NCBI GenBank assembly: GCA_947625575.1
Contig: CANQOV010000003.1
Coordinates: 1-61,007 of the forward strand
Source of the DNA: an uncultured Bacilli bacterium
GTDB lineage: Bacteria; Bacillota_I; Bacilli_A; RF39; UBA660
Length of the DNA: 61,007 nucleotides
Reading direction: 5' to 3'
The translations under genes were made by a program, and so were the position numbers. The notes beneath the pieces were generated by a model. That model saw only the letters and a list, made by a program, of their open reading frames with translations, did no database searches and was not told the DNA's origin. Position 1 is the first letter of the stretch. Every line of letters starts with the position of its first letter. Below, one piece after another: positions 39,280 to 48,902 of this stretch.

Positions 39280-40323
39280 TTAGTCAAAATAATCTATTTG
39301 CATTGCTTGTTTAACTTCTTTCATTGTTTTCTTGGCTGTTTGTCTTGCTTTTTCTGTACCCTCTTGTAATATTTTGTATAATTCATCTTGATTTTTTGAT
39401 AAAAGTTCTCTTTTTTCTCTAATTGGTTGTAATAATTCTTGTAAAATGTCATTTAAAAATAATTTTATTTTGACATCTCCTAAACCACCTTTTTGATAAT
39501 GGGCTTTTAATTCATCTAGTGATTCATATTCATTTAAATATTTTTTGAAGTGTTCTTTTTTACAGAAAACATCTAAGTAAGTGAAGACAACATTACCTTC
39601 AATTTTGCCCGGATCAGTTATTTTAATATGATCTTTATCGGTATACATTTCCATAACTTTTCTTTTTATTTCTTCTTTGCTATCAGATAAATATATGCAG
39701 TTATTTAATGATTTACTCATTTTATTTTTGCCGTCTATTCCCGGCAATCTACTTGCTGTTTCATTGGTTGGTAGTAATGCATTTGGCATAACTAGATTTC
39801 CTTTGTAGATATCATTAAATTTTTTTACTATTTCTTTGGCTTGTTCAATCATTGGTAATTGATCATTTCCTACAGGAATAATATTGGCTTTAAAAGCAGT
39901 TATATCGGCAGTTTGACTAACTGGGTAATTTAAAAATCCTGAGGGAATACTTTCTTCAAAACCACGTAGTTTTATTTCATTTTTTACAGTTGGATTTCTA
40001 TACAATCTAGCTACGGTAACTAAATTCATGTAATAAAATGTCAATTCTGCAAGTTCTGGTACTGCGGATTGAATAAAAATTGTACATTTTTTAGGATCAA
40101 GTCCACATGATAGATAATCTAGTAATACTTCAGTTACGTTGTTTTTTATTTTTTCTGGATTGTCATAGTTATCTGTTAGGGCCTGACTATCTGCAATCAT
40201 GATGTACATTTCATCATAATCATTACTATTTTGTAATTCTAATCTTTTCATTATTGAGCCAACATAATGACCTAAATGTAATCTTCCTGTTGGCCTATCT
40301 CCTGTTAAAATTATATTTTTCAT
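39280..40323 (-). CDS. trpS: Tryptophan--tRNA ligase
   Basis: GDRPTGRLHLGH, YPVSQTADI, KMSKS. Confidence 0.97.
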   Translation of the reverse strand: MKNIILTGDRPTGRLHLGHYVGSIMKRLELQNSNDYDEMYIMIADSQALTDNYDNPEKIKNNVTEVLLDYLSCGLDPKKCTIFIQSAVPELAELTFYYMNLVTVARLYRNPTVKNEIKLRGFEESIPSGFLNYPVSQTADITAFKANIIPVGNDQLPMIEQAKEIVKKFNDIYKGNLVMPNALLPTNETASRLPGIDGKNKMSKSLNNCIYLSDSKEEIKRKVMEMYTDKDHIKITDPGKIEGNVVFTYLDVFCKKEHFKKYLNEYESLDELKAHYQKGGLGDVKIKLFLNDILQELLQPIREKRELLSKNQDELYKILQEGTEKARQTAKKTMKEVKQAMQIDYFD

Positions 40324-40325
40324 AC

Positions 40326-40961
40326 TTATCTTTCCTTTTCTTTATAATATTTACATATATTCTTTAGCTTGCAATCAGTACAAAGTGGCGAGATTGCTTT
40401 ACAGTAATATCTACCAAATAATACTAATTGATGATGAGTTTTGCTCCAACGAGCTTTATCTATTTTTCTTTTTAGTTTCTGTTCAATTTGTAAAACTGAA
40501 TCTGATTCTTTAGCCAAGCCTAATCTTTTTGAAGTTCTTGCTACATGAGTATCCACCGCAATAGCGGGCTTATTAAATAAAACACTTAAGATGACGTTAG
40601 TACACTTTCTACCAACCATTGGAAGTTGTTCTAAATCTTTTCTTTTATCTGGTACAACAGAATTATATTTTGTTAGTAAGATATTGGATATGTCTATTAC
40701 AGCTTGAGCTTTTTTAGTATAACTACCTAGTTCTTTTACAATATTTTTTACATCAGTAAATTGTGCAGTTGCTAATGATTCTAAAGTGGGATATTTGCTA
40801 AATAAGACTTTTGTTACCTTGTTTACTCTTTTATCTGTTGTTTGAGCACTTAGCATAACCGCTATTACAAGTTCATAATCTTTATTAAATTCTAGTTCAC
40901 ATTTAGGATTTTCAAATAATTCATCTAAATAATTTAAAATTATTGTGCTATTCATTTTCAT
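40326..40961 (-). CDS. nth: Endonuclease III
   Basis: LSAQTTD, HhH LPMVGRKCTN, VDTHV, 4Fe-4S motif CKAISPLCTDCKLKNIC. Confidence 0.96.
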   Translation of the reverse strand: MKMNSTIILNYLDELFENPKCELEFNKDYELVIAVMLSAQTTDKRVNKVTKVLFSKYPTLESLATAQFTDVKNIVKELGSYTKKAQAVIDISNILLTKYNSVVPDKRKDLEQLPMVGRKCTNVILSVLFNKPAIAVDTHVARTSKRLGLAKESDSVLQIEQKLKRKIDKARWSKTHHQLVLFGRYYCKAISPLCTDCKLKNICKYYKEKER

Positions 40962-41598
40962 TTAACCAATCACAATCAAAAATATCTACTTCTTCATCAG
41001 TTTTTTTCTTAGCTATGTCTGATACTTTTTTGTAACCTTTCTTTTTCCAGTCTGATAAAATTTTTTCTATGTATCGCAAATTTAATACACCGTTTAATAC
41101 GGCTTCTTTTAAGGCTTCTTTTATTAGACTATCTTCTATTTTACTATCTTTCCAATGTTTTATTGTCTCATATTCGATTGGGGATAGAGGTCTTGCAAAT
41201 TCTTTTTCGATAATAGTATATATTTCATCAGAATAATCAACTTGTTCTTGTTCATCAATGATAAATGATATTATTTTTTGATAAATTGGCTCAATACTTA
41301 AATATTCTTTCATAAGATTTTTATCTTTTTTTACTATCATCATGATTAAGTTATTTTCACAAAGTTTAGAAACAATATTCATAAGCGTATCAATAGACCA
41401 AGATAAGTCTTTACTAAACTTTGATACATCGAAAACAATTTCTTTCCCAAAACCCATTAGGTATGATAAGAGAAGAATATCATCGCTACTTATATTTAAT
41501 TTTTGGGCATAAATAAGTAAACTGCTTGGGATAACAATCTGTTTTGTAGATAAAATTTCATGTAAATTGTCAGTATTCACCTTATCACCTTTTTTCAT
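40948..41598 (-). CDS. dnaD: DnaD domain replication protein
   Basis: EKEFARPLSPIEYE, EAVLNG, RYIEKILSDW; upstream of nth as in Bacillus. Confidence 0.9.
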   Translation of the reverse strand: MKKGDKVNTDNLHEILSTKQIVIPSSLLIYAQKLNISSDDILLLSYLMGFGKEIVFDVSKFSKDLSWSIDTLMNIVSKLCENNLIMMIVKKDKNLMKEYLSIEPIYQKIISFIIDEQEQVDYSDEIYTIIEKEFARPLSPIEYETIKHWKDSKIEDSLIKEALKEAVLNGVLNLRYIEKILSDWKKKGYKKVSDIAKKKTDEEVDIFDCDWLNENE

Positions 41599-41607
41599 TA
41601 AAATTTA

Positions 41608-42699
41608 TTATAACATATATTGATTGTATAAATAATCTTTTATTTCATCATTATTGTTTTTTAATTTGTTATCTAATATTTTATTTTCTAAATCTGTATA
41701 TATTTCTTTTATCATGCTACTTGGTTTTATATTTAATATTTCACATATTTCTTTAGTGGTTATTAAAATATCACTGCGATCTTTTATAGGAAGCTTTTCA
41801 TATTTTTTGGCATATTTTGATTTGTTTAATCCTTTTAAATCGCAAACTATTAAAAGTGGATATATACCATATTTGTACCACACTTTATTATTGTCTAAAT
41901 TTTCTTTTTCTAATTTTTTTATTTCGTTTATTAAATTTTTCTCTGTTTTGGTTGTAGGATAATTTTCACTAAAAATACTAGCATAGATACCAATTATATC
42001 ATTAGTTTTTAAGGCTTTGTCGATGTCATGAAGCTCTAGAGGCTCTTCTAGATGTAATTCTTTGATAAGTTTGATACCATATTTTTTATTTTCATTAGAA
42101 AATATTTTAGTTAGTTCTTCTTTTTTTCTTTCGTATGATAAATTATAAAGTAAATCTTTGTTAGATGTGATAGCTTTTTTTAATTCTTTCTCTATTTTGA
42201 ATTTTAAAATTGTGGCAAATCTTATGGCACGGAGGATTCTTAATGAATCTTCTTTGATTCTTTGATTAGGGTTTTGAATCATTTTTATTAGTTTGTTTTT
42301 TAAATCTTTTCTACCATCTAGGTAATCTATTATTTCTTGATTTTGGTCCATGCAGATAGTGTTGATTGTAAAATCTCTTCTTTTTAAATCTTTTTTGATG
42401 TCTTTAATATATTTTATTTTGTCTGGACGTCTGGAATCAGAATAGTTATACTCTTCTCTCATGGTAGTTATTTCAACATCATAATTATTTACTTTTAAAC
42501 TTACGTTACCATATTCTGATACTTTTAAGTCATAATCTTTTAAGATTTTTATGACATCTTTAGGTTTGGCCTGTGTTGTTATATCAATATCTGTTGATTT
42601 TATTCCAAGTAAATAATCACGAACATAACCACCCACTATGTAGGAAGAAAAACAATGATTTGTCAGTGTTTGTAAGATTTGTAAGATAGTGTTATCCAT
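41608..42699 (-). CDS. cca: CCA-adding tRNA nucleotidyltransferase
   Basis: VGGYVRD, DIDITT, RRDFTIN, EDSLRILRAIRF. Confidence 0.94.
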   Translation of the reverse strand: MDNTILQILQTLTNHCFSSYIVGGYVRDYLLGIKSTDIDITTQAKPKDVIKILKDYDLKVSEYGNVSLKVNNYDVEITTMREEYNYSDSRRPDKIKYIKDIKKDLKRRDFTINTICMDQNQEIIDYLDGRKDLKNKLIKMIQNPNQRIKEDSLRILRAIRFATILKFKIEKELKKAITSNKDLLYNLSYERKKEELTKIFSNENKKYGIKLIKELHLEEPLELHDIDKALKTNDIIGIYASIFSENYPTTKTEKNLINEIKKLEKENLDNNKVWYKYGIYPLLIVCDLKGLNKSKYAKKYEKLPIKDRSDILITTKEICEILNIKPSSMIKEIYTDLENKILDNKLKNNNDEIKDYLYNQYML

Positions 42700-42797
42700 A
42701 TTTTATTCACCTATTTACATTATATAATATTTAAAGAAAAAAACCAACCCAATATTAAATTGAATTAGTTTTTTCTTAATTAAATTTTTAACTTTAA

Positions 42798-43073
42798 TTA
42801 TCTGTTTACTGCTTCTTTTAAGGCAGCACCAGCTTTAAATGAAACAGCATTTCTAGCAGCAATTTTAACTTCTTTTCCTGTTTGAGGATTACGTCCTGTT
42901 CTAGCAGCTCTTCTTGAAACTGCAAATGTTCCAAATCCTACTAAAGGAACTCTATCTCCTTTTACTAATGCTCCAGTAATTGCTTCTAAAGTAGCATCAA
43001 GAGCACGAGTAGCGTCAGCTTTAGTAAGTCCTGCTTTAGTAGCAACAGCTTCAACTAATTCAACTTTTTTCAT
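42798..43073 (-). CDS. hup: DNA-binding protein HU
   Basis: [21 protein letters not shown]; start moved to ATG 43073 (RBS AGGAGG). Confidence 0.98.
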   Translation of the reverse strand: MKKVELVEAVATKAGLTKADATRALDATLEAITGALVKGDRVPLVGFGTFAVSRRAARTGRNPQTGKEVKIAARNAVSFKAGAALKEAVNR

Positions 43074-43258
43074 TTTATACCTCCTTAATTTGTTAAGCAA
43101 CGCTTTTCATCATATGCTTACATATATAAATTATCATGTATTTTGGACAAAATCAAGGTATTTTATTAGTTTTGTTGTTTTTTTTCGGTTTTGATATATT
43201 GAAGTTAACTTTGTTGTATGTTAAAATAGCATTAGATAATAGTTAAGATAAGGGTGAT

Positions 43259-43879
43259 GTGATGAAAAAAAACCTTTGGGGATTTTTAATAATTTTTGTT
43301 ATAGTTACTGGTATTGCTTTTGGTATGGCCTTTGCCGATTATAGTTATGAAATGAAAAGTGGTGAAAACAGTTTAGGATCTGGAAGTTTAAATTTTACTT
43401 ATGAAGAGCCTGATAATGCTTTAGTTATTACTGAAGCTACTGGTATAGCAGATTCTGTTGGCAAGATTTCAGACGATTATTTTGCTTTAGCAGTTGGCTC
43501 AGACACACCAAATATTGGAGATATTGATTATTATGTTACAATTCAGCCAGATGAGACTAGTACTTTGGAAGAAGAAGCTGTTAAAATATTTTTAACTAGT
43601 GTAAATAATCCTGATGATCCAATAGTTAAGGAAGTAGCTGTTATCGATCCCGAATTAGTTTCTAATTTAAAAACTTATGATTTAGCTCCAACTGAACATA
43701 CTAATCTTATTGTCTATAATACAACTTTTAAATCATCTACAGAAAACACTGCAAACAGACATTATTATAGATTAAGAGTTTGGATTGATGAAGAGTTCGT
43801 TCCTGATGTTACTGCAACAGGACCAGATTTCGTTGTAGAAGAAAAACAATTTAAGTTCAGAGTAAATATTTGTGTTTAA
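43259..43879 (+). CDS. TasA/camelysin-like secreted protein, paralog of 35723..36376
   Basis: Signal helix, N.LGSGSLNFTYEE, YRLRVWIDE align with the 35723 protein. Confidence 0.6.
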   Translation: MMKKNLWGFLIIFVIVTGIAFGMAFADYSYEMKSGENSLGSGSLNFTYEEPDNALVITEATGIADSVGKISDDYFALAVGSDTPNIGDIDYYVTIQPDETSTLEEEAVKIFLTSVNNPDDPIVKEVAVIDPELVSNLKTYDLAPTEHTNLIVYNTTFKSSTENTANRHYYRLRVWIDEEFVPDVTATGPDFVVEEKQFKFRVNICV

Positions 43880-43883
43880 AATT

Positions 43884-43904
43884 AAAAGACCTATGGTCTT
43901 TTTT
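43884..43904. terminator. Bidirectional terminator between the 43259 gene and spoIVA
   Basis: AAAAGACC-TAT-GGTCTTTT. Confidence 0.8.
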
Positions 43905-43907
43905 ATT

Positions 43908-45383
43908 TTATAAAACTATTGCTATCATGTTGTTTGAGCCTTTATTTACTATTTTGGTCATAGTATTTTGTAATTTATATCTTACATTTTCAGGCATCAT
44001 AGCGATTTTTGATCTTATTCCCTCTTGAACAATTGTATCTATGCTACGGCCAAAGATTTCTGATGTCCAGATAGAATTTGGATTACTATCTTTATCTTTC
44101 ATTAGGTAATCTATTAATTCTTTACTTTGCATTTCTGTTCCGATGATTGGCTCAAATGTTGATTCAACATCTACTCTTATCATGTGAATTGAAGGTGCAG
44201 TTGCTTTTAATTTTATGCCATATCTACTACCTTGTTTAATGATTTCAGGATTATCTAATTTCATATCTTCTATAGTAGGATTTGCAACGCCATATCCAGT
44301 TGTTTTAACCATTTTGATTGCTGCTTTTACCTGATCATATTCTTTCTTTGACTCTTGATAATCTTGGAACATTGCTAATAATTTTGCTTTGCTGTTTACT
44401 TCTGTTCCAATCATTTCATTTAATACCTGTGGGAATAAATCTTCTTTAGCGTCTAAAGTTATTGTTGCTTCACCAGTTGCTGGATCTACTAAAGATAGAT
44501 AAGCACGTTCAATATATTCACACCCCTCAAAACAAGAGGTAATAGTTTCGACATCTCTTAATTTATCCACTTCAACAATGCTATCTTTTATTCTTTCAAT
44601 ATAAGCTTGTTTGATGTAATGTTTTGGACTTAATACTGCTATCCACTCTGGCATTTTTACTTTAACTTCTAAGACTGGGAATTCATATAATGCTTCTTTT
44701 AAGATGTCATAAGTATCTTTTTCGTTCATTGATAAAACATCTATTGGTAAAACAGGAACATTATATTTTTCTTTTAATTCTCTAGCAAGGTTTTGAGTTT
44801 CAGGATTGTTTGGATGTGTAGAGTTTAAAACAATAATATACGGTTTATTTATTTCTCTTAATTCCTCCACTACTTTGTTTTCGGCTTCAACATATTCTTC
44901 TCTTGTAAATTCTCCGATTGAGCCGTCAGTTGTTACCATTATACCGATTGTTGAGTGATCTTTGATAACTTTTTCTGTCCCAATTTCTGCAGCTTCGGCA
45001 AAAGGTATTTCTTCGTTATACCATGGTGTTTTAACCATTCTTGGGCCATTTTCATCTTCAAAACCTTTAGCGGTTGGAATTACATAACCAACACAATCTA
45101 CTAATCGCATATTGCACTCTAAATCATCAATTTTTACTTTAGCAATATTATTTGGTACAAATTTTGGCTCAATTGTCATAATTGTTTTGCCTTTAGCAGA
45201 TTGTGGAATTTCATCTAAAGCACGTTTTTTTTCAAATTCATCTGTAATATTAGGTATTATTAGATTTTCTAATACTTTTTTAATAAAACTTGATTTACCA
45301 GTTCTTACTGCTCCTACTACACCTAAATAGATATCCCCACCAGTTCTTAGAGCTATATTTTTAATTAATTCTTTTTTATCCAT
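43908..45383 (-). CDS. spoIVA: Stage IV sporulation protein A
   Basis: RTGGDIYLGVVGAVRTGKS, DCVGY, TTDGSI, APSIHMIRVDV; start moved to ATG 45383. Confidence 0.97.
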   Translation of the reverse strand: MDKKELIKNIALRTGGDIYLGVVGAVRTGKSSFIKKVLENLIIPNITDEFEKKRALDEIPQSAKGKTIMTIEPKFVPNNIAKVKIDDLECNMRLVDCVGYVIPTAKGFEDENGPRMVKTPWYNEEIPFAEAAEIGTEKVIKDHSTIGIMVTTDGSIGEFTREEYVEAENKVVEELREINKPYIIVLNSTHPNNPETQNLARELKEKYNVPVLPIDVLSMNEKDTYDILKEALYEFPVLEVKVKMPEWIAVLSPKHYIKQAYIERIKDSIVEVDKLRDVETITSCFEGCEYIERAYLSLVDPATGEATITLDAKEDLFPQVLNEMIGTEVNSKAKLLAMFQDYQESKKEYDQVKAAIKMVKTTGYGVANPTIEDMKLDNPEIIKQGSRYGIKLKATAPSIHMIRVDVESTFEPIIGTEMQSKELIDYLMKDKDSNPNSIWTSEIFGRSIDTIVQEGIRSKIAMMPENVRYKLQNTMTKIVNKGSNNMIAIVL

Positions 45384-45406
45384 ATATTCAACTCTCTTTC
45401 TATTAA

Positions 45407-45435
45407 AGTTTATGATAGCCAAAATATATTAGAAC
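45407..45435 (-). promoter_or_regulatory. Sigma-E-type promoter of spoIVA
   Basis: GTTCTAAT...CATAAACT at SigE-like spacing; spoIVA is SigE-controlled in Bacillus. Confidence 0.45.
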
Positions 45436-45463
45436 AAAAAAAGAGGACAATTTGTCCTCAAAA
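45436..45463 (-). terminator. Terminator after the 45572 gene
   Basis: GAGGACAA-T-TTGTCCTC followed by a T tract on the minus strand. Confidence 0.75.
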
Positions 45464-45571
45464 CACAATATCTAATTTTTTTCTTAAAACAATATAAACA
45501 ATTTTTTTACTTTTTTGCTTTTTTTCTTTTTTAATATTTTTATAATAGTTGAACTAAAATAAAACAAATAA

Positions 45572-46315
45572 TTAAACAGACATGTCTACACCGGGTGTTG
45601 CGTCATAGCAATCTTCTGCGGCACCATAGAAGTTAAATACGTTACCATAACCCACAGCTTCGATTTTATATAGCTTGCTGGTTGCTAAGCTTACTTTTAC
45701 ACCAGCATGTTGATAACTAGCATATACTGTACCTTTTCCGCCATTTGGTTTGACGTAGAATTTTTGATCAATTGTAAAATCTGTTCCGGTTTCGCCTATT
45801 TTGACTGAGTTACCAAAGCCATCATCTTCAAATTGATAATTTGAGTATGTTTTAGTTCCTTCAGTTGAATTAAAATAGGTTGTAATTGTCTTATTATACA
45901 AAGAAGCATTTAAAAATCTAGCACCAATAACATCATAGCTTTTTACCTTTGGTTCATAAAGCCAAATTGCTGAAGTTATTAAAGTACAAAATGATGTTGT
46001 ACAACCTTTAGCAATAGACACTCTTTTGGCTGGAGTTTCAATAAATGAGCCACGTGTAAGACTTCGATCATAATAAACCTTTGAATTTACATCGACATCA
46101 TTATTATTAATATCAAGATCTTTCAAAAATTCATAACGTTCAGGAGTCATTTTATCTACGAAACCCTCGCCATAGAATTCTTCAATAAAGTTGTATTCTT
46201 TTTCTGTTAATTCTACTCCATTAGCATTTGTATAATACACTTCTGACATAGCAGATACATTAACTGTTCCAAACAAGAGCAAAGCAACTATTAATACAAA
46301 AATTCCTTTTTTCAT
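45572..46315 (-). CDS. Secreted hypothetical protein
   Basis: Classic signal peptide MKKGIFVLIVALLLFGTVNVSA; RBS AAGGAGG; beta-rich C-terminal half. Confidence 0.8.
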   Translation of the reverse strand: MKKGIFVLIVALLLFGTVNVSAMSEVYYTNANGVELTEKEYNFIEEFYGEGFVDKMTPERYEFLKDLDINNNDVDVNSKVYYDRSLTRGSFIETPAKRVSIAKGCTTSFCTLITSAIWLYEPKVKSYDVIGARFLNASLYNKTITTYFNSTEGTKTYSNYQFEDDGFGNSVKIGETGTDFTIDQKFYVKPNGGKGTVYASYQHAGVKVSLATSKLYKIEAVGYGNVFNFYGAAEDCYDATPGVDMSV

Positions 46316-46374
46316 TTTTTAAAGCATTACCTCCTTTTCAATTCAAAGTTTAACAAATCATACATATTGCTTAA

Positions 46375-46393
46375 AAGGACTTATCAAGTCCTT
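46375..46393. repeat. Palindrome AAGGACTT-ATC-AAGTCCTT (operator or terminator)
   Basis: Perfect 8-bp inverted repeat between the XRE gene and the secreted-protein gene. Confidence 0.6.
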
Positions 46394-46402
46394 AATCAAT
46401 AC

Positions 46403-47509
46403 TTAACTTGCAAAATATTTCGAATAATATTCAATTTTAAAATCGTTTATATGATCTTTATATGCATCGCAATCTCCCTCAATACACTTATCATTATTTA
46501 TATCGTAGACATATTTAGTATCCATATTCCCTTTAGAATCTATAGTATAATAAGTTAATCTCATATTTTTAGTATATAATTCTGTAATAGAAATATTATT
46601 GTTATTATTTTCTATTACTTGAAATGTACTTGAATCAACATAATAATATATTTCATAATTACTTTTTCCACTTGTGTAAGTTGTGTAATAGCAATTATCT
46701 TTTTCATTATATTTGAAGTTAGCAAAACGACTTTTAATTTCTTCTTCGTTCATATTTTGATTTTTATTAATTTCTGATCTAGTTAAAAGTAATAAACCGT
46801 CGTTTACCATATCTTTTTTTAATTCTAATTTTGTTATGTCTTGTTTGGAATCATAAGTTACTCTTAAATATAAATTTTTCAATATATAATCTAATTCATT
46901 GTATGTGAAAAATTGATTATATTTGTAATAACTACTTATTGAATCTTCAGTATTTTGAGTCCTATATATTACTACTTCTTTATTATTTTTATCCATGAAG
47001 TATAGTTCTGCACTATCATAGGTGTAATTATTTATTGATTTTAGACTACCTAATTTTATATATGTTTTTTGTTTTGATGTTAATATTAAACCGTCTACAG
47101 TTGAAAATTCATTACCAGTACCTGCAACTTTATATACTTTGATTGTGTTATATGAATTTACAAAGTAGTAGGCAAAAAATGAAAATAATATTACAAATAG
47201 TACTGTTAGGAAGTAAGTTATTGTCTTTTTTATTTTTCTATTACTATCTTTTAATATTTCAATTGGGACATTTTGTAATCTTTTATAGTTTTTCTTTGAT
47301 TTTCTTTCACCAATTAGAATTTCATTTACACTTACTGAAAACATTTCACTTAATTCTAATAACATATCTGGTGGTGGCATATTTATTCCACGTTCCCATT
47401 TTGATATATTTTCTCTTGATGTGTATAATTTCTCACTTAAATCATTTTGAGTCATGTTTTTACTTTTTCTTAAACTAGCAATAAATTTTCCAATTTGTTC
47501 TTGATTCAT
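46403..47509 (-). CDS. Membrane-tethered XRE-family HTH regulator
   Basis: LRKSKNMTQNDLSEKL..SRENISKWERG HTH, one transmembrane helix, large C-terminal external domain. Confidence 0.85.
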   Translation of the reverse strand: MNQEQIGKFIASLRKSKNMTQNDLSEKLYTSRENISKWERGINMPPPDMLLELSEMFSVSVNEILIGERKSKKNYKRLQNVPIEILKDSNRKIKKTITYFLTVLFVILFSFFAYYFVNSYNTIKVYKVAGTGNEFSTVDGLILTSKQKTYIKLGSLKSINNYTYDSAELYFMDKNNKEVVIYRTQNTEDSISSYYKYNQFFTYNELDYILKNLYLRVTYDSKQDITKLELKKDMVNDGLLLLTRSEINKNQNMNEEEIKSRFANFKYNEKDNCYYTTYTSGKSNYEIYYYVDSSTFQVIENNNNNISITELYTKNMRLTYYTIDSKGNMDTKYVYDINNDKCIEGDCDAYKDHINDFKIEYYSKYFAS

Positions 47510-47607
47510 TTACTTCACATCCTTATTTTAAAATTTTCAATTTAATTATAATTCATGTTGTATTAGATAACAAGAAAAAAAATTTTAAAAAAAAGAATTA
47601 ACATTTA

Positions 47608-47907
47608 TTACATATTAATCACTTTTTCTAAATCTTTTTTTATTTTATTATCTGTTTCTATAGATATTATTTCCTTTAATAATAAATCTTTTTGATATAA
47701 TTTTAATTTTTTTTCATAAAAATATAATTTTGTTTCTATTGATTTTATTTGTTTATGGACAGCATTTCTTGATACATTATTGTTTTCTGATATTTCAGAT
47801 AAAGAAAGATTTGCATGATAATAATCTTTAAAATAATTTTGTTGTTTTTCAGTAAAAAGTTCACCATAATAATCAAATAAAATAGTTAAATATACTTCTT
47901 TTTTCAT
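47608..47907 (-). CDS. ylxM: YlxM (UPF0122) SRP-pathway protein
   Basis: LFDYYGELFTEKQ, LSLSEISE..VSRNAV; downstream of ftsY. Confidence 0.92.
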   Translation of the reverse strand: MKKEVYLTILFDYYGELFTEKQQNYFKDYYHANLSLSEISENNNVSRNAVHKQIKSIETKLYFYEKKLKLYQKDLLLKEIISIETDNKIKKDLEKVINM

Positions 47908-48890
47908 TTCATTATATCCTTAAATAATCCATATATGTATTTTTCAATATCAAATAACATTAGATCATCTTCCTTTTCTCCAAAACCAACATATCTTACT
48001 GGGATATTTAATTCATCTTTGATAGCTAGAACTATACCACCTTTAGCTGTACCGTCTAATTTTGTTAATATTATACCTGTTATATCACAAATTTCTTTAA
48101 ATGATTTGGCTTGAGATATACCATTTTGACCTGTTGTGGCATCGAGTACTAAAAATGTTTCATGAGGAGATGAAGGTATTATGTTGGTGGAAATTCGTTT
48201 CATTTTTTCTAATTCGTTCATTAGGTTAACTTTGTTTTGTAATCTACCAGCAGTGTCTATTAAAACTATATCATATGATTCATTTTTGGCCTTGGTTAAT
48301 CCGTCATATAAAACACTTGCAGGATCTTGTTTTGTTGTATCTTTATAACAATCACAACCTACTTTGTCTGCCCAATTTTGAAGTTGTTCTACTGCCCCTG
48401 CTCTAAAGGTGTCTGCTGCTACCAACAAAACTTTTTTACCTTTATCTTTTTCTTTTTTAGCAAGTTTAGCAATAGTGGTTGTTTTACCTACACCATTTAC
48501 ACCAACAAAAAATATAACAGTTGGTCCATTGGTGGAATAGTTTATTTTATTTACTAAAACTTCATTATTTACATATATTATAAATAATTCATCGACAATT
48601 ACTTCTTGAAGATATTCAGGAGATTCTATTTGTTCTTGTTTTACTCTTTGTCTTAATCTATCCATAAATTTCATAACAGTATTGATACCTAAATCAGCCA
48701 TTATTAAAATTTCTTCAACTTCTTCAAAATATTCTTCAGTAATTTTATGATATTTGTTTGTTAAGTTAATTAGTTTAGAAACAAAGTTATCTCTTGTTTT
48801 AGTAAGACCCATATCATATTTTTCTTGTTCTTTAGAATTTGCTTTGTCTTCTTTGGAAAAAGCATTTTTTATTTTATTAAATAAACCCAT
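47904..48890 (-). CDS. ftsY: SRP receptor FtsY
   Basis: GVNGVGKTTT, DTFRAGA, DTAGR, TKLDGTAKGG; start moved to ATG 48890. Confidence 0.98.
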   Translation of the reverse strand: MGLFNKIKNAFSKEDKANSKEQEKYDMGLTKTRDNFVSKLINLTNKYHKITEEYFEEVEEILIMADLGINTVMKFMDRLRQRVKQEQIESPEYLQEVIVDELFIIYVNNEVLVNKINYSTNGPTVIFFVGVNGVGKTTTIAKLAKKEKDKGKKVLLVAADTFRAGAVEQLQNWADKVGCDCYKDTTKQDPASVLYDGLTKAKNESYDIVLIDTAGRLQNKVNLMNELEKMKRISTNIIPSSPHETFLVLDATTGQNGISQAKSFKEICDITGIILTKLDGTAKGGIVLAIKDELNIPVRYVGFGEKEDDLMLFDIEKYIYGLFKDIMK

Positions 48891-48902
48891 TTTAACCTCC
48901 AT

